DNA of 64,000 nucleotides from a virus (taxonomy: Duplodnaviria; Caudoviricetes). The stretch is taken from the IMG/VR virus record IMGVR_UViG_3300032004_000003, positions 3,965 to 67,964 of that record. The stretch is one strand, 5' to 3'. The notes under the pieces were generated by a model that worked only from the letters and a program-made list of their open reading frames with translations, ran no database searches and was not told the DNA's origin. Numbering within the stretch: position 1 is the stretch's first letter; each line of letters opens with the position of its first letter. Position numbers and translations under genes: made by a program. Below are positions 1-8,962 of this stretch, one piece after another.

Positions 1-265
1 GCGCCGCCAGCCGCCGGGCCTCCTGCGTGCCGCCGTCCTGCGGCACGAAGATCTGATTCACCACCACGCCGACATCGCGGTAGCGCGGGGTGGTCTCGAG
101 GCTGATCTGGCTGCTGGCGCCGTCGAGCAGGTAGAGCGCCACCCAGGCCCGGCCGGCGGGCTCGATGAACGGCACGCCGTCCCATTTGACCGGCGTCGTG
201 CTGGCCCACTGCGCCTGGAAGCGGTTCTCGACCACGCGTCGCAATTCGCCCCAGTCCGTGGTCAT
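1..265 (-). CDS. Phage tail terminator-like protein (DUF4128-like), partial, runs off the window start
   Basis: Hand translation MTTDWGELRRVVENRFQAQWASTTPVKWDGVPF...GVVVNQIFVP; follows the neck genes. Confidence 0.75.
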   Translation of the reverse strand, partial: MTTDWGELRRVVENRFQAQWASTTPVKWDGVPFIEPAGRAWVALYLLDGASSQISLETTPRYRDVGVVVNQIFVPQDGGTQEARRLAA

Positions 266-426
266 GCGAAGCTCTCCAGCGCGCGCCGTGCCAGCCGACG
301 GCAGCGGCGCCGGTAGCTGTGCTTGATCCACTTGCGCACGCCGGCGCGCCAGCGGATCAGCCGCTTGCCGCGGCGGCTGAGGGCGTCGTGCTCGTGACCG
401 TCCCGCAAAGGTATGCGCCCGATCAT
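262..426 (-). CDS. Small basic phage protein (54 aa)
   Basis: Hand translation MIGRIPLRDGHEHDALSRRGKRLIRWRAGVRKWIKHSYRRR...; ATGA overlaps with both neighbours. Confidence 0.6.
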   Translation of the reverse strand: MIGRIPLRDGHEHDALSRRGKRLIRWRAGVRKWIKHSYRRRCRRLARRALESFA

Positions 427-848
427 GACCGCCTCGCGATCTCGCGGTCGATCTCAGCCTCGGCCTCGGCCAGGCTGATCGCCACCATGCCCTGCGCCGC
501 CTTCTTGGAATGCCCGTGCTCGAGCGCCAGGATGTAGACCACGTTCGAGAAGATCCACACCTGCCGGTAGGGGTCGGCTTGCAGCGCGCTGAGCACCGCC
601 GGGTCCGGCGGCGCCGGCTTGGCGTCCTGCACCGGGCCGGGATCGCCCGCCCCCTGCGGGGTGTCGAGGCTCATCGTCCAGCTCGCCCGGGCGCGGCCGG
701 TGTCGACCGGCGTCCGGCGCACGATCTTGTCGTGCAGGTCGACGGCGACCTTGCGCACCACCGTGCCGAGCTGCACGTCGATCAGCTTGGCGAAGGCGTC
801 GAGGTCGGCGCCGAACTGGTGCAGCTGGTTCTCATGCCGTGGCGGCAT
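423..848 (-). CDS. HK97 gp10-like neck/tail completion protein
   Basis: RTPVDTGRARASW motif; NVVYILALEHGHSKKAAQGMV. Confidence 0.85.
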   Translation of the reverse strand: MPPRHENQLHQFGADLDAFAKLIDVQLGTVVRKVAVDLHDKIVRRTPVDTGRARASWTMSLDTPQGAGDPGPVQDAKPAPPDPAVLSALQADPYRQVWIFSNVVYILALEHGHSKKAAQGMVAISLAEAEAEIDREIARRS

Positions 849-1071
849 CGCCCAGGCCTCCCCGATGCTTCGGGTGGCGCAGGATGCGCTGGATCCGGGC
901 GATGATCTGCCGGACGCGTGATTGGCTCAGCCCGTGCCGCTCGGCGACGTTCCGGAGCGTGGCGCCGTCTCGGCGCGCCCAGAAGATCGCCGCGTCCCGC
1001 TGCGGGTCGCGGTGGCGGTGGCCACAGCGCGCCACGTAGGCGGCGACGAAGGTGGCCTGGTCCGCGATCAT
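832..1071 (-). CDS. Small HTH protein (sigma70 region 4-like)
   Basis: GATLRNVAERHGLSQSRVRQI helix-turn-helix pattern; coupled overlaps. Confidence 0.6.
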   Translation of the reverse strand: MIADQATFVAAYVARCGHRHRDPQRDAAIFWARRDGATLRNVAERHGLSQSRVRQIIARIQRILRHPKHRGGLGDAATA

Positions 1072-1442
1072 TTGCGCACCTGCAGCTGGTAGTGGGCATC
1101 GGCAGGGTCGGTGGCCACCCGCTGCACCGCCCAGGCCTCGCCCGTGGCGGTCTCGACCAGCCGGTCGTTGACGCTCGGCGTGTAGGCGGTCGGCAGGTCG
1201 AGCGCCGCGATCAGCACCAGGCGGTCCTCGGCCAGCACGTTCTGCCCGTCGACCTGGGCGGTGCTGAAGTCGATGAAAAAGACCGGCACGGCGCTGGCCA
1301 GGGTCTCGTACACCACAAGGTTGCCGGCGTCGGGGTCGTAGACCGTGCTGGCGTGGGCATAATAGGAGACGCTGACCGGCACGTCGTCGAACGCGGTGCG
1401 GATGGTCAGCGCGGCGCGCTGGAAGACGTCACGCAACGCCAC
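1068..1442 (-). CDS. Head-closure / head-tail adaptor protein
   Basis: GTG start at 1442; STVYDPDAG...VDGQNVLAEDRLVLI...WAVQRV...HYQLQVRK; position between DnaT-like and gp10-like genes. Confidence 0.7.
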   Translation of the reverse strand: MALRDVFQRAALTIRTAFDDVPVSVSYYAHASTVYDPDAGNLVVYETLASAVPVFFIDFSTAQVDGQNVLAEDRLVLIAALDLPTAYTPSVNDRLVETATGEAWAVQRVATDPADAHYQLQVRK

Positions 1443-2313
1443 GCTGGGTCTCCCGCAGGATGCGCCACGCCGCGCCCGACCGGAACTCATCCAGATGGAA
1501 CTGGCCGTAGGCCAGGCTGTGCAACCATGCCTCGCGGTCGGGGTAAGCCGGGCTCTCCACCATGGAGAGATCCATTAGCCCAACAGGCGCGGCAGCACTA
1601 GAGGGAGCCACGACCACCGGTATCCCCGCCAGCGCCGCCTCGATCGCCGCGACGCTGTGCTGGGTCACCAGCGCGTGGCAGTCGGCGAGGTCGGCGCTCA
1701 ACGGCGGGTTGCCCATCTGGTGCTTGTGGCGCACGCGGATCGGCCGGTCGGTGTGCCGCGCCAGCTCGGCCAGCGTCTCCTCGAGCCAGTTGCCCGCCGC
1801 CGTCGCCTGCAGCACCGGCCAGGTTGGCGGGCAGACCAGCACGTGATGGCCGCCCGTGCGCCAGGGCCGCACCGGCACGTGCGGCGCCAGCCGGCGCCAG
1901 CGATCGCCCGGCACGTCGAGCCGCCGGCTGAGCTGCCAGCCGCGCAACGTCACGCGGTAGTTGGCCGTGGCATGCCCGCGCAGGAAATAGGCGTGGTCGG
2001 CGTACCACCACGGCTGCCCGCCGAGCCGCGCCGCGGCGATCACCTCGAGCGTGCCGCGCAACAGGCCCCACAGCCAGACGTCCCAACCCGACCGCGCCGG
2101 CTCGGCCAGCTCGCACAGCCGCGCCCGGGCACCCTCGGCGAACGCCCAGGCCAGCCGGTTGCCGTGCCCGCCGCACAGGTAGACCTGCAGCCGCGTGCTG
2201 CCGTAGGCGCGTGGCCGACGCTGGCCCGGCATGCCGATAACCGGCGTGTCGCCGGTCGGCTCGGGCGGCAAGGGACGCGCCGGCACCGTCCTGAGCACCC
2301 GGCGCGTCGCCAC
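1429..2313 (-). CDS. Glycosyltransferase-like protein (capsule-synthesis/GT-B-like C-terminus)
   Basis: WYADHAYF; IRVRHK; DLADCHALVTQHSVAAIEAALAGIPVVV resembles capsular polysaccharide synthesis-type GT-B domains. Confidence 0.6.
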   Translation of the reverse strand: MATRRVLRTVPARPLPPEPTGDTPVIGMPGQRRPRAYGSTRLQVYLCGGHGNRLAWAFAEGARARLCELAEPARSGWDVWLWGLLRGTLEVIAAARLGGQPWWYADHAYFLRGHATANYRVTLRGWQLSRRLDVPGDRWRRLAPHVPVRPWRTGGHHVLVCPPTWPVLQATAAGNWLEETLAELARHTDRPIRVRHKHQMGNPPLSADLADCHALVTQHSVAAIEAALAGIPVVVAPSSAAAPVGLMDLSMVESPAYPDREAWLHSLAYGQFHLDEFRSGAAWRILRETQRGVA

Positions 2314-2314
2314 C

Positions 2315-2836
2315 TCAGGTGCGGGCCAGCCGCGCGAAGCGCACCCGGCCGGCGGTATCGCCCTCGATCAAGCCGTGCAGCATGCTCAGCACCGAGGCGG
2401 TGAGCACCGGCTTCTGCTGGTCGCGCCGATCGAAGGCGATCCGCAGCGGTCCGGCCTCGAGCTCGGAATAGCCCAGCGTCTCGGCCTCGGCGGTCCGGTC
2501 GCTGAGCAGGAGCAGCCGTGCCAGCTCGCTGGTCGCGCGCTGGACCTGGGTCGGCACCACGTTGGAGGCGATGGCGTAGCCGTCGCGGTCCCAGACCTGG
2601 TAGCGCGGCCAGCCCAGCGCCTGGCTCTCGCTGACCCGCTGCCCGACCCAGACCACGCCATCGTCGAGCAGCTGCGTCGCCCAGACCAGGCAGGCCTCCT
2701 TGTCGGCCGTGGTCGCCGCGACCCAGCCATCGGCGTAGATGTTGCGATCCAGGAAGGCGTCGGCGAAAGTCCGGTCGGCGTACGAATTGGCGCCGCTGAC
2801 GATCTGGCCCGTCTCGAGAATCAGGGTTACCGTCAT
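2315..2836 (-). CDS. DnaT-like phage head-tail connector protein
   Basis: LILETGQIVSGANSYADRTFADAF...ALGWPR...VPTQVQRATSELA pattern of the phage DnaT-like adaptor family. Confidence 0.8.
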   Translation of the reverse strand: MTVTLILETGQIVSGANSYADRTFADAFLDRNIYADGWVAATTADKEACLVWATQLLDDGVVWVGQRVSESQALGWPRYQVWDRDGYAIASNVVPTQVQRATSELARLLLLSDRTAEAETLGYSELEAGPLRIAFDRRDQQKPVLTASVLSMLHGLIEGDTAGRVRFARLART

Positions 2837-3447
2837 TGGTCACGTCTCCCGAGCCAGCCGATGAACCCGCCGCCGGCGTCGCCGGCTGGCATCTGCATCA
2901 GAACACGAAGATCCGCGCGGCGCTGCCCGATCTGGTCGAGGCGCTGCGGGCCGTCACCGCCGCGAGCGAGCCGTGCTGGCCGCTGCTGTACCTGTTCGGC
3001 GAGGGGCTGTTCGTGCTCGCGACCGTCACGCTGCACGATGACACCCGCATCACCGTGCGGGTGCGCCAGGGGCCCAACGACGGGCTGGCCGAGCGCCTGG
3101 CGCCGCTGGCCTTGGTGCGTCGCCGCAGCATCGCCGCGTGGCTGGCGCGGGAAGCCTGGTATCGCGGCCTGCCGCGGCGCCAGAAGTCGCGCGCCATCGA
3201 CATCGCCAACCACTCGGCCGTGCTGCCGAAGCTGATCGCCGCGGTCCGGCCGGCGACCGGGTGCGAGATCGTCGCCTGGCTCGCCAGCCACCCGCTCGAG
3301 GCGCTCGATCTGCGCGGCGTGCATGGCCGGCGCGACGGGCTCAACCTGTGCGCCGAGGACAGCCACGCCCGGCGTGCCGCGCGCGGTCATTCCGCCGCCA
3401 CCTCCTCGCCCGCCAGCAGCGTGGCCACCGCACCGCCCAGGGTCTGA
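2836..3447 (+). CDS. Hypothetical protein, antisense to the late operon (start uncertain)
   Basis: Strong G/C third-position bias in this + frame; the two minus frames look like shadows. Confidence 0.4.
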   Translation: MVTSPEPADEPAAGVAGWHLHQNTKIRAALPDLVEALRAVTAASEPCWPLLYLFGEGLFVLATVTLHDDTRITVRVRQGPNDGLAERLAPLALVRRRSIAAWLAREAWYRGLPRRQKSRAIDIANHSAVLPKLIAAVRPATGCEIVAWLASHPLEALDLRGVHGRRDGLNLCAEDSHARRAARGHSAATSSPASSVATAPPRV

Positions 3448-4181
3448 TCGGTCTCGAGCGCGCGGCGCTCCTCCCGCCACCGCTCGGCGAACGCCACGTC
3501 CTGCCAGCCCGCGAACCACGGACCGCCCCGGGTGAAATGGACCACCGCCGGCGGATCATCCGGCGCCCGCGGCGAGCTGTAGCCCTCGAGCCAGTTCCAG
3601 GTCTCGGGCAGGCCGCCGATCTGCTCGTCCTTGAGCCAGGACAGCCCGTGCAGCCAACGACCCTCCTCGAGATTGACGCTCGGCGCCGACAGCGCGTCGT
3701 GCACGGGGTCGGCCATGTTGAAGGCCATGAACGACGACCAGTTCTTCCTGGGATAGGCCTGCTGCGGCTGCCCGTCCATCTTGGTGCCGCCGTCGGCCGC
3801 GATCGTCTGCTGGTGCTGGACGCACATCAGCGCCTTCCCGGGGTCGAGCAGCGGCAGCAGACCGGCAATGTCGGCCGTCCAGAGCATGTCGCAGTCGACG
3901 AACAGCGCCCAGCCGCGGTAGTCGTCGGCCCGGCACAGGGCGGGGACCAGGAACCGCGTGAACGCGAACGCGGTCGAGAACGGTCGCCCGTCGAGCTCGT
4001 CGACCATGACCTGACCGTCGCGGCGCCATTTGCGCCAGAAGAGCCCCTGCGCCCGCAGCTGATGATCGTCGAGCTTCGTGACCTCGAGGTCGATCGAGGT
4101 CCGGCGCACCAGCGAGGCGGCGCAGACCCGCCAGGCCTCGTGCTCGCGACCGTCGTAGCCGATAAAGACCCGGAGTCTCAT
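3387..4181 (-). CDS. GT-A fold glycosyltransferase (GT8-like phage family)
   Basis: MRLRVFIGYD..EHEAWRVC; STAFAFTRFLVP; FVDCDML (DxD); YPRKNWSSFM; VVHFTRGGPWF. Confidence 0.85.
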   Translation of the reverse strand: MRLRVFIGYDGREHEAWRVCAASLVRRTSIDLEVTKLDDHQLRAQGLFWRKWRRDGQVMVDELDGRPFSTAFAFTRFLVPALCRADDYRGWALFVDCDMLWTADIAGLLPLLDPGKALMCVQHQQTIAADGGTKMDGQPQQAYPRKNWSSFMAFNMADPVHDALSAPSVNLEEGRWLHGLSWLKDEQIGGLPETWNWLEGYSSPRAPDDPPAVVHFTRGGPWFAGWQDVAFAERWREERRALETDQTLGGAVATLLAGEEVAAE

Positions 4182-4846
4182 GCCGCCTCCTTCTTGCCGC
4201 CGGTTGGCGCGTAGATCAGGTCGCCGCGGATGCGCTCGACCGGGTGCAGCCCATGCGCGGCCATGAGCGCCAGCACGTCCGGATCTGGACCCAGATCCTT
4301 CCAGAACTCGCAGATCACCACGGGCTGGTGCCGCGCGAGCGTGGCTTGCGCCCCCTGCAGCGCCGACAGCTCGCCGCCCTGCAGGTCGAGCTTGAGGAAG
4401 TCGACCGCCGGCCGGGGCGCCAACAGATCGTCGAGGCGCACGATGCCGACCGCGGGAGCGGTGCCGTCGCCGGGGCCGGGATCGACCGCGCAATCGCCGC
4501 TGTTGGTCGGGCAGACGCGGCGGACATGGCCGACGCCCTCGACCGCGCCGGCCGCGGCGCGCACCAGCTCGACGTTGCCGATCTGCCGATCCGCCAGGTT
4601 GCGCCGCAGGCAGTCGTGGTTGCTCGGGTCGGCCTCGATCGCGACCACCTCGTCGAACAGCCTGGCGAGGCGCACGGTCCAGGTGCCGACATGCGCGCCG
4701 ACGTCGACCGCCAGCCGGCGGCGAGCCTTCGGCACCCGGCGCAAGGCGGCGTCGAAGGCCACCTGCTGGTACAGGATCAGGTCGCCCAGCCCGGCGAAGT
4801 GGGTATCGTTGTCGGGCAGCCACCAGCCCGCCGCCGCCTGCTTCAC
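4178..4846 (-). CDS. FkbM family SAM-dependent methyltransferase
   Basis: AVDVGAHVGTW; VVAIEADPSN; VRLDDLL; VDFLKLDLQGGELSALQGA. Confidence 0.9.
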   Translation of the reverse strand: MKQAAAGWWLPDNDTHFAGLGDLILYQQVAFDAALRRVPKARRRLAVDVGAHVGTWTVRLARLFDEVVAIEADPSNHDCLRRNLADRQIGNVELVRAAAGAVEGVGHVRRVCPTNSGDCAVDPGPGDGTAPAVGIVRLDDLLAPRPAVDFLKLDLQGGELSALQGAQATLARHQPVVICEFWKDLGPDPDVLALMAAHGLHPVERIRGDLIYAPTGGKKEAA

Positions 4847-6549
4847 GCGGCGTCCTCCTCGCCGAACAGCGCCCACTGCGCCGGCTCGGGCGTGGGCGCG
4901 GGCTCGGCGGGCTCGGCCGCCGGCTCCGGCGCGGTCAGCAGCGGCGCGTCGTTGCGGAGCCTTTCCGCTGCCAAAGTGAAATATTCCGCCTCACGCTCGA
5001 TCCCGATGGCACGCAGCCCCAGCCGCGAGGCCGCGACCAGGGTCGAACCGCTTCCGGCGAAGCAGTCGAGCACGACACCGCCGGGCGGGGTCACCAGCTT
5101 GCACAGCCACTGCATCAGCGCGACGGGCTTGACCGTGGGATGGTGGTTGCGCAGTGGGCCGCGGTCATAGTCCGTCCCCGAAGCGGTGCGACCGTCCTGG
5201 ATCGAGCCGTACTTGCCTTCGCGCTCCTGCGGCGGCAGCCCGTCCAGCCCATAGTCCCGTTCCGCTCCGCTCGCCTTGCCGCTGTAGAACAGGCGCAGCT
5301 CGCCGGGCTCGTAGCCGAGCGCCGGGAAGAACCGGGCGGCGCTGCCTTGGTCCGCGTAGTCTTGGATGGCACGCGTGTTCAGGCCATGCTCGTACACACC
5401 GCCGTCACCGAACCGAGATGTCCTCCTGCTCGGACGATTGACCTTCCGCTCGCCGAACGCCGCGAACGCCGCCAGCACCTCGGGCGAGCCGTCGTGCAGC
5501 AGGTTCGGCGGCCAGCGGCCGGCGTCCTCCGTCGCGGCCGCAACCGGCGGCTGCCGCCATTGCTCGCGGTTCCGCGCGCCAACCGTGCGGCCATTCTGCC
5601 CGCCGCCCGACGTGCCGACGCGCGTGGCCTCGACGTTCAGGGCACCGGTGCCGGTCGCGAGCACCTGTGCCGCCACGGTCGGTTCGGCCAGGGGCTTCCT
5701 GGCAAGCACGATCGGCTCGACGCTCGGCTTCAGCGCCGTGTGCCATCCGGCCCATTGCCGGGCGGCGTCGGTGGCGGGCGCGGTGAGGTCGTAGGCACCA
5801 TCACTAAGCCCGGCAATCTGCACGAGGCTTTCGTGGCGCACGCGATGACCCCGCCCGATGACCTCGCGCTCGGCTTCCTCGATCCTGGCGAACGGCAGCG
5901 CCAGCACCTCGCACAAGGCGTTGAACTGCTCGGGTGTCGGCAGGTTGAGGCCCAGCTCCCAGTTGGCGACGCAGCCGGTCAGGTTGCCCGTTCGGCTCGG
6001 GAAGTGCCGTGCCAGATCCTTCTGCGTGATGCCGCGGCGTTCGCGTTCTTGGCGCAGCCATGGCCCAAACCATGCGATGTCGGCGCCGCCGCGCTTGTCG
6101 ATGGCCTTGCTCACGTCCAAGCTTTTCGGGAAGCCGGAGCCGTACAACCACATCAGGCTGTCGCGGATCTCGAACCCGGCATCCTCGATGGCGCAGGCGA
6201 GGCGGTGGTAGGTGCGGGTGCCGCCGAAGCAGACCATGTGCCCGCCCGGCTTCAGGACACGGAGCACCTCAACCCAGGTCTCGGGCCGGAAGGCGATATC
6301 GCCGCCATCCCAGCTCTTGCCCATGAAGCCAGCCTTGTGGCCACGGCCGCCGCGGTTGGTGGCGCCGATGTTCGGCCGCTTGTCGCCCGGCCCCATGGCG
6401 GACCAGTCGAACGCCGCATTGCCGCTGGTCAGGTGGTAGGGCGGATCGGTGACGACGGCGTCGACCGAGCACGGCTCCATGCCGGCCAGCACGTCCATGC
6501 AATCGCCGAGCACGAGCCTGCAGCCGCCAATCGTGACGTCCTCAGCCAT
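4843..6549 (-). CDS. DNA N6-adenine/N4-cytosine methyltransferase with internal XRE-type HTH insertion (568 aa)
   Basis: VTDPPY; HPTVKPVALM; VLDCFAGSGST; inserted WLRQERERRGITQKDLA...VANWELGLNLP HTH. Confidence 0.9.
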   Translation of the reverse strand: MAEDVTIGGCRLVLGDCMDVLAGMEPCSVDAVVTDPPYHLTSGNAAFDWSAMGPGDKRPNIGATNRGGRGHKAGFMGKSWDGGDIAFRPETWVEVLRVLKPGGHMVCFGGTRTYHRLACAIEDAGFEIRDSLMWLYGSGFPKSLDVSKAIDKRGGADIAWFGPWLRQERERRGITQKDLARHFPSRTGNLTGCVANWELGLNLPTPEQFNALCEVLALPFARIEEAEREVIGRGHRVRHESLVQIAGLSDGAYDLTAPATDAARQWAGWHTALKPSVEPIVLARKPLAEPTVAAQVLATGTGALNVEATRVGTSGGGQNGRTVGARNREQWRQPPVAAATEDAGRWPPNLLHDGSPEVLAAFAAFGERKVNRPSRRTSRFGDGGVYEHGLNTRAIQDYADQGSAARFFPALGYEPGELRLFYSGKASGAERDYGLDGLPPQEREGKYGSIQDGRTASGTDYDRGPLRNHHPTVKPVALMQWLCKLVTPPGGVVLDCFAGSGSTLVAASRLGLRAIGIEREAEYFTLAAERLRNDAPLLTAPEPAAEPAEPAPTPEPAQWALFGEEDAA

Positions 6550-7328
6550 CAGGCGGCCCCGTCCAGCAGATTCACCTGCACCGGCTTCGGCGGCGGCGGC
6601 GCGCGGAATAGGTCGCCCTGGCCATAAGCGGCCTCGATCCGCCGACAGGCCGCGGCGAAGTGTTTCGGGTCGCGCTCGATGCCAACGAAGCGTCGGCCGA
6701 GCCGGGCACAGGCCACGCCGCATGTCCCGCTACCCATGAAGGGATCGGCCACGAGGCCGGCGCGCGGCGATACCACCCGAACCAGCGCCTCGTAGAGCGC
6801 CGCGGGCTTCTCGGTTGGGTGGATCTCGCTTTGGCTGATCCGCTTGCAGCGCAGCACGTTCGGGATGCTGCGGTCGTAGACGGCGGGCGTGTCCTTGGCG
6901 GCGTGGATGATCAGCTCGTGCTGGTTCCTGAAGCCGTTGCCCAACGCCATGTCCTCCTTGTCCCAGACCACCATGCCTTGGATGCGGAGATTGCAGGCTT
7001 CCAGACAGCCATAGAGGGTCGGGTACTGCCGCCAGTCGATGAACGACAGGAACGAGCCGCCCTGCTTGAGCAGGCGCTCTGCTTCGCAACCCACCTGCCG
7101 CATGAGCCAGGAGAACCCCGTCGTGGTCATGCGGTCGTTATCCATCGGCCGCGACTTCCAGAGCTGGCCGCGAGACATGCCGCCGCGACCGCTAACCTCG
7201 GCCGTGGTCCGCGCGCCGCTGCAGTAGGGCGGATCGGCGATGACGGCGTCGGCCTCGTCCAGCTCGGGCAACACGTCGAGGCAGTCGCCCAAGATTAGCC
7301 GGCACTCGCCGATGACCTCCTCACGCAT
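6549..7328 (-). CDS. DNA N6/N4 methyltransferase (beta class)
   Basis: IADPPY; HPTEKP; VADPFMGSGT; FVGIERD. Confidence 0.9.
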   Translation of the reverse strand: MREEVIGECRLILGDCLDVLPELDEADAVIADPPYCSGARTTAEVSGRGGMSRGQLWKSRPMDNDRMTTTGFSWLMRQVGCEAERLLKQGGSFLSFIDWRQYPTLYGCLEACNLRIQGMVVWDKEDMALGNGFRNQHELIIHAAKDTPAVYDRSIPNVLRCKRISQSEIHPTEKPAALYEALVRVVSPRAGLVADPFMGSGTCGVACARLGRRFVGIERDPKHFAAACRRIEAAYGQGDLFRAPPPPKPVQVNLLDGAA

Positions 7329-7494
7329 CGGCCGGCTCCCGCACCATCAGGCAGGACCAGCAGCCGGCGTGGCCCGCCATAGGCCCGGCGACGATCCCAC
7401 CGAAGGTCCACCCCGCGGCCAGCCAGGACAGCCAGCCATCCAGCGGCACGTACGCCACCTCGAAGCCGTCGCCGTGGCCCGCCCGCGCGCTCAT
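7321..7494 (-). CDS. Small hypothetical protein (57 aa)
   Basis: ATG at 7494 coupled to the upstream stop; Trp/Gly-rich. Confidence 0.5.
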   Translation of the reverse strand: MSARAGHGDGFEVAYVPLDGWLSWLAAGWTFGGIVAGPMAGHAGCWSCLMVREPADA

Positions 7495-8075
7495 CCCCGG
7501 CGCACCTCGACCATCTGCACCAAGCCGCCGCCCCGCACCGGGTCCTGCGCCGGCAGGACGCGGATCTTCCACCCGGCCTCGAGCGCCAGATGCAGCAGCA
7601 GCTCGTTGCAGCCCCAGCGGGTCACGTCGGGGCAGCGCCCGTCGCGGTCGGGACCGTAGAAATCGTCGAGCACCAGGCAGCGGCTGCCCTTGAGCCGGTC
7701 GAAGTCGTTCTCGATGGTCGGCAACGAGTGCCCGCCATCGATGAACGCCAGGTCGGCCGCGGTCGAGGGCAGCACGTCGCGGCTGTTGCCCTTGAGCAGG
7801 AGGAGGTCAACCCCGCCCAGGTCGCGCAGCTCCGCCTCCAGCCGGTGCCGCACCCCGTCCCTGCTGTGGTGCGGCTTGACGTTCAGCTCGTCGCGGTCGG
7901 TCGCGGCCGATGCGTCCTCGAAAAGGTCGACGCCGAGATAGCTGACCCGCGGCTGCCACTGCCGGGCGCGGCGGATCATGGCCAGGGCGCGGTCCCCGTT
8001 CCAGGTGCCGACCTCGACCAGGCTGGCCGGCTTCTCGCGGTCGATGACGGTGAGCAGCTGGCCGTAGCGGTTCAT
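7491..8075 (-). CDS. Class I SAM-dependent methyltransferase (Methyltransf_24-like)
   Basis: LVEVGTWNG; YLGVDLF; GNSRDVLP; DLAFIDGGHS; LVLDDF. Confidence 0.85.
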   Translation of the reverse strand: MNRYGQLLTVIDREKPASLVEVGTWNGDRALAMIRRARQWQPRVSYLGVDLFEDASAATDRDELNVKPHHSRDGVRHRLEAELRDLGGVDLLLLKGNSRDVLPSTAADLAFIDGGHSLPTIENDFDRLKGSRCLVLDDFYGPDRDGRCPDVTRWGCNELLLHLALEAGWKIRVLPAQDPVRGGGLVQMVEVRRG

Positions 8076-8962
8076 GCCGCCGCCCCTGGATCGGTCGCGG
8101 GGAGCCCCGCGACCAAGGGCGCATCCCAGCGCGGGTGCTGGCCGGCGCGCACCGCCCGCCACCACGGCTCGGGTCGGGGCCAGCTCAGGTCGGCCGGGTG
8201 GCTGTGGCCAACTTGCTTCCTGGGTCCCTTGCAGTGATCCATGACCTCACCTAGGACCGAATTCACGAACACGTGGTGGTGCATGATCCCGGCACCCAGG
8301 TCGTGGCAGCTGATCAGCCCCGCCTTGGCGAAGTGGCGCCGCACGCAATCGAAGCTGAAGGCATCCTCCTGGCGCGCCAGCTCGAACACCGAGCCGCTGG
8401 CGTAGAGGCCGGTCCAGGCGGCCAGGAACGGGGCGTGGCCGGCATGAAGCTGGTCGAAGGCGAGGAGGCCGGTCTCGGGAACCAGCCGCACCGCGTCGCG
8501 CCCCAGGTAGGCGACGTAGGGCCGGGTGCCGCTGGCCTCGTCGAACGGGAGAAGCACCGCCTCGAGCCAGCCGAGCGGCACGTCGGCATGGGTGACGATG
8601 TCGGCGTCGATCCAGAGCAGCCGCTCGGCCCGGCGCAGATGCTCGGCGGCAGCACCGATGACAAAGACCTTGGGGGCGAAGCGGATGGCGTCGTGGCGGT
8701 AGTCGTAGCCGCCATTGATCTGGCCGTGCGCCGCCTTGTCGCCGCCGTGCTTGGCCAGGAACTCGGGCCAACGCGGCGCCCAGGTCTCGAGCGCATGCAC
8801 GTGCAGCCGCGAGCGGAACAGGTCGCGCGGCAGGTCACCCTGCAGGACCACGTGCAGCTCGACCTCGCGCGGCCAGCGGGCCAGGAACGACGCGACGAAC
8901 GTCCGCGCCCAGCCCTGCCAGTGGTCGGCGTGGAAGGTGGTCACGGCCGCCCAGCGGGTCAT
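8072..8962 (-). CDS. GT-A fold glycosyltransferase / nucleotide-diphospho-sugar transferase
   Basis: DAIRFAPKVF; LLWIDADIVTH (DxD); PETGLLAF; DAFSFD; MDHCKG. Confidence 0.75.
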   Translation of the reverse strand: MTRWAAVTTFHADHWQGWARTFVASFLARWPREVELHVVLQGDLPRDLFRSRLHVHALETWAPRWPEFLAKHGGDKAAHGQINGGYDYRHDAIRFAPKVFVIGAAAEHLRRAERLLWIDADIVTHADVPLGWLEAVLLPFDEASGTRPYVAYLGRDAVRLVPETGLLAFDQLHAGHAPFLAAWTGLYASGSVFELARQEDAFSFDCVRRHFAKAGLISCHDLGAGIMHHHVFVNSVLGEVMDHCKGPRKQVGHSHPADLSWPRPEPWWRAVRAGQHPRWDAPLVAGLPATDPGAAA

